From Macrostomum hystrix (lineage: Eukaryota > Animalia > Platyhelminthes), in NCBI GenBank assembly GCA_950097015.1, contig CATNEN010000001.1, positions 23,560,001 through 23,624,000 of the forward strand: 64,000 nucleotides of DNA. The letters run 5' to 3'. Below are positions 47,403-59,551 of the stretch, piece after piece. The notes under the pieces are model-generated. The model was given only the letters and a program-made list of their open reading frames with translations. It ran no database searches and was not told where the DNA came from. A program made the position numbers and the translations under genes. How positions within the stretch are numbered: the first letter of the stretch is position 1; the number at the start of each line of letters is the position of its first letter.

Positions 47403-50400
47403 ATGTCGCGCTATTTTGCTTTCCTCTGCTTGGCAACGGGCTCTATTATGAAATTTGCACAACTATAAATGATTTCATGAAAAGTTTTTTTCGGATATTG
47501 TGCACTTATATTTTCTGTGCTACACATAGATCCTACAGGAGGTACTTATACATTGTATACGTATGACCTCTCAATTCAACAATTTGGTAGTCGAATATGT
47601 ACATATCCGAATTGGAACGTGTCATATAACGAGGCATTATCTATAATAATAAAATTGTATTTTTCGCTTCGAAGCGAGCAGCTTCGGGTGATTATTATAT
47701 TATCATTGCGTCATCTGAACACAAGCGAAAATATGTATTTTGATAGTATTGTAAAGCCTTGTTTGATATAAGTTTATTTAATGTAATGCGTTAATCACTT
47801 AAAAGCACGATAATAAAGTCAAGGTTTAAAAAAATTATTTTATTCATTTTGCTATTTTTGATTATTTAAAGCGAAAAAACTGTGTAAGAGGTTAGCGGTG
47901 TTCGCAAATCGTATTGCCGATGTTGGAATAACCCTTCACGTGATGCGTTTTATTGTCACACGTAAATCGATCATATAATTACGACTTAAAGCATGAAAAT
48001 TGTATTAGCAAGGTGCACACAATCTAAAGTGCTGATTTTTTTTATTTTCTTTTAGACATGAAAAAAACGAAATTTATAAACGAAACTGTAATTCATTGAT
48101 AAGAAAAGCAAAGCAACAAGAATTCGATAACAAAAAAAGCAGTAAGAAGATTAAAAAAGACAAATATTAATTGTCTGATGTCTAATTGTTTTGTATATGA
48201 ATAAAATGTGAGGAGAGAAATCTGCATATTTTTAACAATTAATTCGGCTATAAAACAGTACAAGTATTTTTGGCATTACGCGATTAAAACTATTTCACTT
48301 TGTTAAATGTAAAGAGCAATGATCGAAAGAAAATTAACTCTTTAAACTAATTTAATGCTTCGTTTTACGTTCTAAAACTATAATACATTTTTTAATCATT
48401 ATGTTTAGTTTAAGTAATTGTACCTCGTAAGTATTACGGAAAACTTTTAAAGTTGAAAAAAATCGTGTACGCACGTGCCGGGCGCTAATTAATTAATTAA
48501 TTTGTGGTGCTGTGTATTTTGCACAGTAAGCCTAGCTCTGCCTAACTACGCAGGCCAATTAAAAGAGTTGATTACGAAGTACGCTAACTACGCAATTATT
48601 TTATATTGCGTAGTTGCTGGCTTTAAACCAGGTGCCACTTTTTTGGTTGGTGGATGGGCTCAAGTACGTGCTGTATCTAAATTGAGAGGAGAGTATTATT
48701 ATAATGTTCATCTATGGAAGCAGCCAATTTTATCACTTTGTAATGACCAGGTACCAAATTAAACTTTCGGATTAAATGCTAGTCAACTAAACACCCAGTT
48801 ATTTATAGCTTTTTAGTGCTATATATTTTGTCTATCATACATTTAAGACCAATCTCAAATCACAGTTTTTATCAGCAACATGTATATGATTTTGCAGTTA
48901 CTATGTCACTCAAGTGACTTAACAACAATGTGAGTTTAAAATTTGGCTAATATTATACACTATGATGGCCATTGCCTAATATTTACTAAATATTTATTTT
49001 TTAGTATGTATATTCTCATTTAGGATCTCATCATTCTTATGTGGCTATTCAATTGAATGGCAATCAGAAACACTTCTTTCTTAAGACTTAAGTTTGATGA
49101 AGTAACTATTGGGTTATCATATTTTTGTAAACCATTCAAAATAATGCAACAGCTATAGGCCTATAATGGCTATATATAACTGAAATATAGCCATAAGTTA
49201 AGCCTAGCCTAGCCTCCTAGCCAATAAAGTTTTTAAATTAAGCCCTAGCTAGATATACTAGCTATTTTAATATATAGACCTGTTTTACTTATTATTATTT
49301 TATAATACATGTTTAAGAAGTTAAAGTATTGTAATGAAAAAGGCTCAGTATCATTTTTGTTTAGTACAAGTGCCTTGTTTGAATAAAAATATGGCAATTA
49401 ACTTAAAATTTAGTTTGTAAGTATCCCAGGTCGATAAAAAATAACTTGCTACAAAAATAGGTAGCTAACCTAGGGATATAATGCACATAGAGCACAATAG
49501 AAAAAATGGCTGGCTAGGTGGATAGTCATAGTCATGATTGGAGGATCCTAGGCCTACTCATTTTGTTAACTAGCCAGCTTAGATATACAAAGGCAGAGAG
49601 TTGGTCAAGTTTATTCTCACTGTTAACTTTGTTATCATATAGTGTTATAAATTAAGATTAAATGTGGTCACTTAATTAACTGTTCACATATACAATGTTA
49701 AGTGTTAAGCCTGTTACAGTCAGTAATTGTAGACAAGGAGCCTAGTGTTGTTCAGAGATTTATATTTTCAGAATTTTGGAAGCTAACTTTTATTTTGAAT
49801 TATTTTTAAAAAGGAAAAAATCAAAAACCTTTCTGGTTCCAACATTTCTTGGCAATCAGGTCTACAAATCAGATTTTAAAAGCAAAAAAATTGAATATTC
49901 TAATACCAAAATTTTGTCCTTATTTATAGTTTATAGCTCACATTAGGTGTGGCTTGAATGCACAATTAGCTACTACTTATGTTAAAGTCACATTTTCTAT
50001 AAATAGCAAAATGTTAATTTGTCTACATATATGGATATGGTAGAGTTAAATAAATAATTGATTTTCAAACTTTCTTGTATGGTTACAAAAGATCATATTT
50101 CATTTTAATTGGTGGACTTTTGTTTAATTAAGAAGTATTTTACCTTTTCCATGAAACCTGAAAATGGTGTAATAAAATAATTATATGGATTGTGGGCTGT
50201 ATTTCTCCATATACAATTTACAAGTATTATGTCCAGGGAATTAAGTTACAATGTGTATTCAATTCACTTCTCTGAAGATTCAAGTGTATATTTACATTTC
50301 CATACATTCATGTGTATACCTGGTTGCAAGTTTTTGGGGATTTCAAAAGTGAAACATTTTGTTCAACAATATATAGAAATTTACTGGTGTTAAATGCTTT

Positions 50401-51489
50401 ATTTATATATTTCCATTGGAATTATTGTCTATTCTTAGCTGGCCTAAAAAACATTTTGAATTATATATAACAAATTTTGTAAAATGCAAAGAAACTTAAA
50501 AATTGTGTTTTGTGTTCTTTGTAGTTGACCATTTTTTAGTTTTATTGATTTTTCTCAATCACTGCACTTTGATTCTACTCATAGTAGCTGATTAGCACAC
50601 TTTGTGTATATCAATGTTCATTTCAAGTAAAATATTTATTGTAATTTTTCCCTTTAAGTTACTTAAAAGAAAAGATAATGTATACAAAGCTTTGAAAATG
50701 TGTGCTTGCATTTTTAAGGCATTGGCTTAAGGCAAGGCAATGTGCAGAAGAACTTTTGTGTCCTATGCAAATGACATTCGATTAGGCTCCTGTCTCTTCG
50801 TAATTTAGTATTAATTGTGCATTATATAGCACACTATTCATTTTACTTGGCTTGAATTTAATGCCCTGTTGCAACTCGCTGTGGTAGTCGACCATTTGTA
50901 TATTATTCTTAAAGTTACTAAAAGTTGCCAGTACTATTATAATTGATTAATGCGTCCGCCTGCTAAGCTGTTTCACCCAACTCCACTCGTGTTAGTGTTG
51001 CACACTCGCTAACTAAATTAATAGGAAATTGTAACGAATCTAGGGCCTGCGATCTTTGTACCTTTGCCTGGCTGCACTCTAGCCACGAGTCAGTTGCGTG
51101 CTATGCTTCAGGGTAGGGTTGCTAAGCCATAGTCAGTAGCTGTATCGAGAGCATACACGTATTACAAACGTTTTTTTCTACCCGCGTTGGTGGTGTGGTT
51201 TGTGTGTCTTATAAAGCACATATTATTCTCTATACACTGGAAAGAAAACGAAATCTCATTGGCATGTAATTTTGTCATTCTCTGTCCCTTCATTGGCTGG
51301 GCTAAGGTTGAATTTTTAGCTGCGCAAACTATGACAGTCACGCACAAACCTCGTGCAGCTGCTCTGCCCCTAATATATTCGCTGTGCAGTTGAATTTCAA
51401 ATTTCCTGTGTGTTCTTGAAGAAGAAAGTCTGCATTGGCCTGTTTTCTGATTGTTCCGCATTGCAGACCCTTCACAGAGACCAGCGGCA

Positions 51490-52852
51490 ATGTCTCGCGA
51501 AGTCAACTGGAGCTACAGAAACATGGAGGACCTGCCAGAGGAGGTCACTCAACCAGAAGACATCAGCGTCTTGCTAGCCGATCACAACCGCCTACTCCGC
51601 TGTCCTGGCTGGCTGGGCCGCGCCACAGCCCTCACCACCCTGGAGTTGAGCCACAATCAGCTGACCGAGCTGCCTGCCAGCATCTGCAAGTGTGTCAGCC
51701 TGCGCATTCTGGTGGCCAAGAATAATCTCATCAGCGATCTGCCTAGCGACTTTAGCCTGCTGGTGGGCCTTCAGGAGCTCAACCTCAATGGCAACCTGCT
51801 GAAGAGCCTGCCTCAGCAGATCACCTCATTGCCCAGTCTGCAGCTGCTGTCACTGGGTGCCAACCGGCTGTGTCACATACCGCAGCACATTGTCAACTTG
51901 GCTGGCAGTCTGACCTACCTATATCTGGGCGGTAATCAGCTCAAATGCGTCCCCCAGGTGAGCTTAAGTCGGGTTCGTGTCGGGTCATTGCGGTCTGAAC
52001 TGATCATATCACTCTTTAGATAAGATGTTGTTCGGGACCGCTCTGTCGTGTTATAGTATGTCGATTCTTAGTTTAAGGGGCCAATTATCTATAAGTCCTC
52101 CGTTTTTTGGAATCACTCTCTTCTATGGACTTCATTTTCAGTTCCCATTCTCCCAATAATCCTCAATTTTCTGATCCCATCTTCCCAACTTTCTGATGAT
52201 CCTCAATTTACTGATTTCATATTCCCAATGATCCTCAGTTTTGAAATCCCATTCTCACGCAATCATGGGATAATTCTCGCAACAGGAGCTTGGCCAGCTA
52301 ATTCGGCTCACCTGCCTGGCCCTGTGCGACAATCAGCTGTGCCAGCTGCCGCCATCCCTCGGCCAACTGGAAGCCCTCGAGTCCTTATCTCTGCACTGCA
52401 ATCGGCTCACAGCCCTGCCGCATGAGATTGTGAGTCTGCCCCGGTTGAGCACACTATCGTTGCGCAACAACCCCCTGGTGACTAAGTTTGCCAGAGAGTT
52501 CGGCTCAAACTGGTCCGTGCCGAGCCTGGCTGAGCTGTCTGGCCGCAGTGTGAAATCTGCCAGCCTGCATTATTGTCCCAACTGCCTGCCTAGCAACCTG
52601 TGCAAATACCTGGACAGCGCCAGGGAGTGCTTGAATCCCAGCTGCAAGGGAGTCTATTTCTCCAGCTGTGTTGAGACTGTGAGATTCGTGGACTTCTGCG
52701 GCAAGTACCGGGTGCCGTTCCTGAGGTTCATCTGCTCGCCAGACTGCCACTTCAGCAGCGGCGGCTCCGCCAGCCCGTCTAGCGACGACTCGTGCAGTGA
52801 GGAGGCCGTCGGTGACGACGTGGCCCGGGTCAGGCGAGTGCTGCTGGGCTGA
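51490..52852 (+). CDS. LRRC58: Leucine-rich repeat-containing protein 58; join(51490..51957,52286..52852)
   Basis: LRRs followed by the diagnostic C-terminus VPSLAELSGR...CLNPSCKGVYF...VDFCGKYRVP...CSPDC...RRVLLG*; phase-0 intron. Confidence 0.92.
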
Positions 52853-52991
52853 GCTCCTTGGCTGGGGAGTAAATTGCTGCTTTTTTAACATTACTGTTGG
52901 TGTTTTGAATGCTGTGAAATCTGCTATTGCTTGACTACAGAATGCGTCCGGAACTACCAAAAGCTTGAAGTTTAGTTTCCGTATGACGCTA

Positions 52992-53328
52992 GATTTAGTT
53001 TTCTTAAACTGAGATTTAGTTTCCTAAACTGAGATTTAGTTTCCTAAACTAAGATTTAGTTTCCTAAACTGAGATTTAGTTTCCTAAACTGAGATTTAGT
53101 TTCCTAAACTGAGATTTAGTTTCCTAAACTAAGATTTAGTTTCCTAAACTGAGATTTAGTTTCCTAAACTGAGATTTAGTTTCCTAAACTGAGATTTAGT
53201 TTCTTAAACTGAGATTTAGTTTCCTAAACTGAGATTTAGTTTCCTAAACTGAGATTTAGTTTCCTAAACTGAGATTTAGTTTCCTAAACTGAGATTTAGT
53301 TTCTTGAACTGAGAATTAGTTTCCTAAA
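52992..53328 (+). repeat. 20-bp minisatellite (GAGATTTAGTTTCCTAAACT)
   Basis: About 17 copies downstream of the LRRC58 stop. Confidence 0.95.
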
Positions 53329-53966
53329 CAGTTTAGTTTAGTTTAATTTAGTTTTCTTTCTGGCTGTCTATCCCATTAAATATTTGGTCACAAATGTGTA
53401 AGAGAAGAGCAAGCATGTTGAAGTTGAAATTTCTGTAACCGGTTTGGATTTCAATAGTGAACTCCGTGAGCCGTGACATTGTATTCTGTAAATAAGAAAA
53501 TGTGTTCCTAGTTATGCCACATCTCTACATTTTTGTCAAAAAATCGGTGCAGTATCCCAAGCCCAGTGTTCCATTGTGAACTTATATTTTTCTCATTTCT
53601 GGTTATCGGGATTTTATTGCACTGAAGTTTGCGACTGTGAGTAGTGAATAATTGCCTTTCTTCTATAAATGAGATTGATTACCTGTCGAATCACAGATCT
53701 TTTGATTAAATCCTTGTTGCCATGAATGCTTTTATTAGCTGTTAATGTTCAACTTTACAGTCAGTGTCACCTGCTATTGCTATTTTTATGTCATTCATTT
53801 TTGTGCAAATAAAATAATGCTTTAGTAATCTCCTTTAAACTGTTGAATGCGCGTTCGAAATTAATAAATATATGCCAGTAATTATGAGGATTTCAATTGC
53901 GTGGTAATTTGTTTGAGCATAGCGGCCTATCGTTCAATTATTTTTTACATTTTGCGGAAAGAATTT

Positions 53967-56066
53967 CCGAATTCCCGAAACTGCACCGAATTCCAGGGTG
54001 TTCAAATTCCCGAAACTGCACCGAATTCAAGGGTGTTCAAATTCCCGAAACTGCACCGACTTCCAGGGTGTTCAAATTCCCGAAACTGCACCGAATTCCA
54101 GGGTGTTCAAATTCCCGAAACTGCACCGACTTCCAGGGTGTTCAAATTCCCGAAACTGCACCGACTTCCAGGGTGTTCAAATTCCTAAAAACTGCACCGA
54201 ATTCCAGGGTGTTCAAATTCCCGAAACTGCACCGAATTCCAGGGTGTTCAAATTCCCGAAACTGCACCGAATTCCAGTGTGTTCAAATTCCCGAAACTTC
54301 ACCGACTTCCAGGGTGTTCAAATTCCTGAAAACTGCACCGAATTCCAGGGTGTTCAAATTCCCGAAACTGCACCGACTTCCAGGGTGTTCAAATTCCCGA
54401 AACTGCACCGACTTCCAGGGTGTTCAAATTCCCGAAACTGCACCGACTTCCAGGGTGTTCAAATTCCCGAAACTGCACCGACTTCCAGGGTGTTCAAATT
54501 CCCGAAACTGCACCGAATTCAAGGGTGTTCAAATTCCCGAAACTGCACCGACTTCCAGGGTGTTCAAATTCCCGAAACTGCACCGAATTCCAGGGTGTTC
54601 AAATTCCCGAAACTGCACCGACTTCCAGGGTGTTCAAATTCCCGAAACTGCACCGACTTCCAGGGTGTTCAAATTCCTAAAAACTGCACCGAATTCCAGG
54701 GTGTTCAAATTCCCGAAACTGCACCGAATTCCAGGGTGTTCAAATTCCCGAAACTGCACCGAATTCCAGTGTGTTCAAATTCCCGAAACTTCACCGACTT
54801 CCAGGGTGTTCAAATTCCTGAAAACTGCACCGAATTCCAGGGTGTTCAAATTCCCGAAACTGCACCGACTTCCAGGGTGTTCAAATTCCCGAAACTGCAC
54901 CGACTTCCAGGGTGTTCAAATTCCCGAAACTGCACCGACTTCCAGGGTGTTCAAATTCCCGAAACTGCACCGACTTCCAGGGTGTTCAAATTCCCGAAAC
55001 TTCACCGACTTCCAGGGTGTTCAAATTCCTAAAAACTGCACCGAATTCCAGGGTGTTCAAATTCCCGAAACTGCACCGAATTCCAGGGTGTTCAAATTCC
55101 CGAAACTGCACCGAATTCCAGTGTGTTCAAATTCCCGAAACTTCACCGACTTCCAGGGTGTTCAAATTCCCGAAACTTCACCGACTTCCAGGGTGTTCAA
55201 ATTCCTGAAAACTGCACCGAATTCCAGGGTGTTCAAATTCCCGAAACTGCACCGACTTCCAGGGTGTTCAAATTCCCGAAACTGCACCGACTTCCAGGGT
55301 GTTCAAATTCCCGAAACTGCACCGACTTCCAGGGTGTTCAAATTCCCAAAACTGCACCGAATTCCAGGGTGTTCAAATTCCCGAAACTTCACCGACTTCC
55401 AGGGTGTTCAAATTCCCGAAACTTCACCGACTTCCAGGGTGTTCAAATTCCCGAAACTTCACCGACTTCCAGGGTGTTCAAATTCCTAAAAACTGCACCG
55501 AATTCCAGGGTGTTCAAATTCCCGAAACTGCACCGAATTCCAGGGTGTTTAAATTCCCGAAACTGCACCGAATTCAGTGTGTTCAAATTCCCGAAACTTC
55601 ACCGACTTCCAGGGTGTTCAAATTCCCGAAACTTCACCGACTTCCAGGGTGTTCAAATTCCTGAAAACTGCACCGAATTCCAGGGTGTTCAAATTCCCGA
55701 AACTGCACCGACTTCCAGGGTGTTCAAATTCCCGAAACTGCACCGACTTCCAGGGTGTTCAAATTCCCGAAACTTCACCGACTTCCAGGGTGTTCAAATT
55801 CCCGAAACTTCACCGACTTCCAGGGTGTTCAAATTCCCGAAACTTCACCGACTTCCAGGGTGTTCAAATTCCTGAAAACTGCACCGAATTCCAGGGTGTT
55901 CAAATTCCCGAAACTGCACCGAATTCCAGGGTGTTCAAATTCCTGAAACTGCACCGAATTCCAGGGTGTTCAAATTCCCGAAACTGCACCGAATTCCAGT
56001 GTGCTCTAAATTCCCGAAACTTCACCGAATTCCAGAGTGTTCTAAATTTCCGAAACTTCACCGAAA
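53967..56066 (+). repeat. 35-bp satellite (CCGAATTCCAGGGTGTTCAAATTCCCGAAACTGCA) with higher-order structure
   Basis: About 60 copies; the variant pattern recurs at 492 bp (54024 vs 54516). Confidence 0.97.
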
Positions 56067-56462
56067 CTAGCAGCAAAATAGTAGAATATTTATTGACGTC
56101 ATCTCAGTCTCCTGACAAAGTAGCTCTATGTATCCAGTTAAGTCCAGTTTAGTCTAATACTTGGTGCTAAAAATTCTACTTGCTGTCTAATCAGTTTTTA
56201 TCAGAAAGTACTTATTCGATTTCGTCATTATAAATCTGTTTATGGAGCTCTGCACCAGACTTTTCAATGTCACAAGGACAAAGTGCGTATAGCTTTAGTC
56301 TAAATTTGTTATCGAAGGGTCTAAGACTAAGTGATAAGGCAAATGAGATAAGGTGGTAATGAAGACAATTAAATGATCAGTAATGAGATGTTGGGGTAAG
56401 GAAAGAGATGAAGGGATGAGGAAAGAGATGTAGGGATGAGGGGATGTAGGGACGAAACCCAT

Positions 56463-57076
56463 TCCGTTCCTCTCTAAAAGTGTAATAACTTTCAAAATAC
56501 TAAATCTGTTAACTATTCCATCTAACCCTCCAGCAAACTAGATTTATCCCATTATCTCTTTCTTCCCACCTTTATATTACCTCAACCCTTCATTTCTTTC
56601 CTCATCCCTACATCTCTTTCCTCATCCCTACATCTCTTTTCTCATCCCTACATCTCTTTCCTCATCCCTACATCTCTTTCCTCATCCCTTCACCTCTTTC
56701 CTCAACCCTACATCTCTTTCCTCATCCCTTCACCTCTTTCCTCATTCCTTTATCTCTTTCCTCATCCCTTCACCTCTTTCCTCATCCCTTCATCTCTTTC
56801 CTCATCCCTTCATCTCTTTCCTCATCCCTTCATCTCTTTCCTCATCCCTTTATCTCTTTCCTCATTCCTTTATCTCTTCACAATTAAAGTATCAGTAAAG
56901 AAATTGTTGGGGTAAGGAAAGAGAGATGAAGGGATGAGGCAAGAAATGAAGGGTTGAGGTAATATAAAGGTGTGAAGAACGAGATAATGAGATAAATCTA
57001 GTTTGTTGGAGGGTTAGATGGAATAGTTAACAGATTTCGTATTTTGAAAGTTATTAGACTTTTAGAGAGGAACGGA
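56463..57076. mobile_element. Foldback/MITE-like element: about 150-bp inverted arms around a 20-bp minisatellite
   Basis: TCCGTTCCTCTCTAAAAGT...CTCATCCC (from 56463) is the imperfect reverse complement of about 56925..57076; internal (CTCATCCCTWCATCTCTTTC)n. No clear target duplication. Confidence 0.6.
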
Positions 57077-57171
57077 GTGAGTGGATAAAGCATTTTAAGT
57101 CCTATGTCCAATGTCTACAATCTAGTATTCAGGCCATCCGTATCTGCCTCTGCAGCTGATAAATCTAAGAG

Positions 57172-58600
57172 ATGTCGCAACCTTCTGATTCACCAACTGA
57201 CTCAGCGGCAGCAACAGCAGCTCCGGCAGCGGACGAATGGCCGGACGAAATCTCAGCCAGCACTGAGAATGACTCGCTGCTGTCCTCCTTGGCCTCGGAG
57301 GCTTCCGGCGTGGACGACCTGACTGTGACGCCAGCCGAGCTGATAGGCGAGCTTCTGACCGCCTGGTGCAACGAGAAGCTGTGCCCGGACCTCCTGCCGC
57401 AGCGGGACGATCTGGTTGACTGCGTGCGCGATCAGCTGGAGGCCATGGACAGGCAGGTCCGACTGCCCGGCGGCAAGGCCACGAAGGATCTGGCCGGATA
57501 TCTGCATCGTCTGGAGCTCAGCAGGATCAGGTGAGCCCACTTTCTGGGGCACCTGTTATCCCCAAGTTCCTCAGGTAACTGTTATACCCCCGATCCTCAG
57601 GTAGCTTTTATCCCCAGATCCTCAGGCAGCTGTTATCCCCAGATCCTCAGGCAGCTGTTATTCCAAGTTCCTCAGGCAGCTGTTATCCCCCAGTTCCTCA
57701 GGCAGCTGTTATCCGCAGATCCTCAGGCAGCTGTTATCCCCAGATCCTCAGGCAGCTGTTATCCCCAGATCCTCAGGCAGCTGTTATCCCCAGATCCTCA
57801 GGCAGCTGTTATCCCCAGATCCTCAGGCAGCTGTTATCTTAAGTTCCTCAGGTAACTGTTATCCACCCGATCCTCAGGTAGCTGTTATCGTCAGATATTC
57901 AGGCAGGTGTTATCCCCAGATCCTCAGGCAGCTGTTATCCCAAGTTCCTCAGGTAACTGTTATCCCCCCGATCCTCAGGTAGCTGTTATCCCCAGATCCT
58001 CAGGCAGCTGTTATCCCCAGATCCTCAGGCAGCTGTTATCCCCAGATCCTCAGGCAGCTGTTATCCCCAGATCCTCAGGCAGCTGTTATCCCAAGTTCCT
58101 CAGGCAGCTGTTATCCCCCAGTTCCATCCATCCCACTCAGGTTCGTGACCACAGACCTGCTCCGCTGTCGGCTAGCCAAGGTGCACGCCTACGCAGAGTC
58201 CATGACGCAGCCGAACGGCGGCCGCTGGGTCGGCCGGCTCGGCAAGGCGGAGTCGGACTTCGCCAGGGACTACCTGGCCTCTATGCACCGCCACTTTGAC
58301 ACCCTGGCGCTTAACAAGATGCCGCAGTTTCTGCGCCACCGCCCGACGCCGCTGGAGACGCCGAGGCCGAATCTGGACAGCTTCGTCTTCTTCAGGGTCC
58401 GGCGAAAGCCCACAGCTCAGTCTCAGGCTGAGAGTCAGGACCAGACTCAACAGAGCTCAGATTCCACTGCCACTGCTGTGGCCATTGTGAAGCCAGCCGC
58501 TGATGCCCCCGATGTTGAGCTGAGGCCCGGTGAGCAGCATCTGATGCAGTACGCGCCAGTTGAGCACCTGCTGCTTGAGGACAAGATTCTGCTGGTGTAA
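57172..58600 (+). CDS. GINS4: DNA replication complex GINS subunit SLD5; join(57172..57530,58141..58600)
   Basis: AWCNEKLCPDLLP, LELSRIR|FVTTDLLRCRLAKV, PNLDSFVFFRV, GEQHLMQYAPV...KILLV; phase-2 intron. Confidence 0.93.
57552..58120 (+). repeat. 25-bp minisatellite (CTGTTATCCCCAGATCCTCAGGCAG) filling the GINS4 intron
   Basis: Occupies almost the entire 610-bp intron. Confidence 0.95.
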
Positions 58601-59029
58601 CCGAGCCTACAAAACGCCGCTTCTGTGTCGGTAACTGCTAGCTAATTTGCATTGCTCTGGTTTATTTTCTATTGCATTTTCGGTCGAAATTTTTGCTGCA
58701 AATTTTTTTCAAACGCGTCCACTCTTAGTAGCAATAATTGTTAAACTAAACTCAATGCTATAAAAACTGTTAACTAATGAAAATATAATACTGCATCGAA
58801 ATCTATAGTGTTTTTTAAGTTACTGTTTTACAAGCATCGAAATTTATCCATACTATTTTATACTCGTATCTGCTTCTCCGTTTTTGGAAGAAGTCTAGCC
58901 GTTCTTGGAATTATATCAAGTGATCAGATTTGGACTCTGTTGTCTAAACCGTACAGCTTGTATTATCTGGATAGGTAACTTATATTCATACAGGGCATAC
59001 AAACTAGCACCCTGATTGAAGGGGTTAAT

Positions 59030-59305
59030 AATAAAATAACAATAATAATTGCAGGAGGGCTGTGGCACATTATTTGGTGACACTAGACCTGCAGCCTGTG
59101 AGGAGGCATTTCTGCCCATTTCGGTGACTCCTGAGCACACACGCTCGCACAGGGGTGTACATCTGCCCTGACTTTCTCATCGTCAGGCAGTGTACACTCT
59201 CACTGTGCCTCTGAGGTTGGCCCTCAAGGGCGTAAATTGCACGACAAGCCCCCAAGCCTTCTCTCCGCGGCTGCGCCCCAAATGAATGCGGCCTCGCCGC
59301 GGAAT
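59030..59305 (-). mobile_element. SINE family A copy, truncated at the B-box
   Basis: Body and (ATT)n tail match the 13160 and 16863 copies. Confidence 0.8.
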
Positions 59306-59551
59306 ACTCGTAGAAGCGTAACAATGTTAAGCTATCGTCTCATATTAATTCACCCCGAGGTGTTAACTCCTTCAAAGTGAACCGATTATCACTGTGTGCT
59401 GGCTACAATAATGGATTGGTATTTGAGCAGTCTAATAGCACTGACTGCTCATACAACTTGCTTTGGCTGGGTGCCATGCGATGCGAAGGGCCCATTTAAG
59501 TAAGAAAATATTATTGGTCAGCAGTTGCGGCACTGTTGTGGCATGCAAATC

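Noticed and set aside
47500-51150. AT-rich 3.6-kb block as a possible DNA transposon
   Set aside because: No convincing terminal repeats or coding remnants; treated as intergenic or 3' UTR.
53897-56152. 35-bp repeat resembling a CRISPR array, and its ORFs
   Set aside because: Head-to-tail units with no unique spacers, no cas genes, eukaryotic context.
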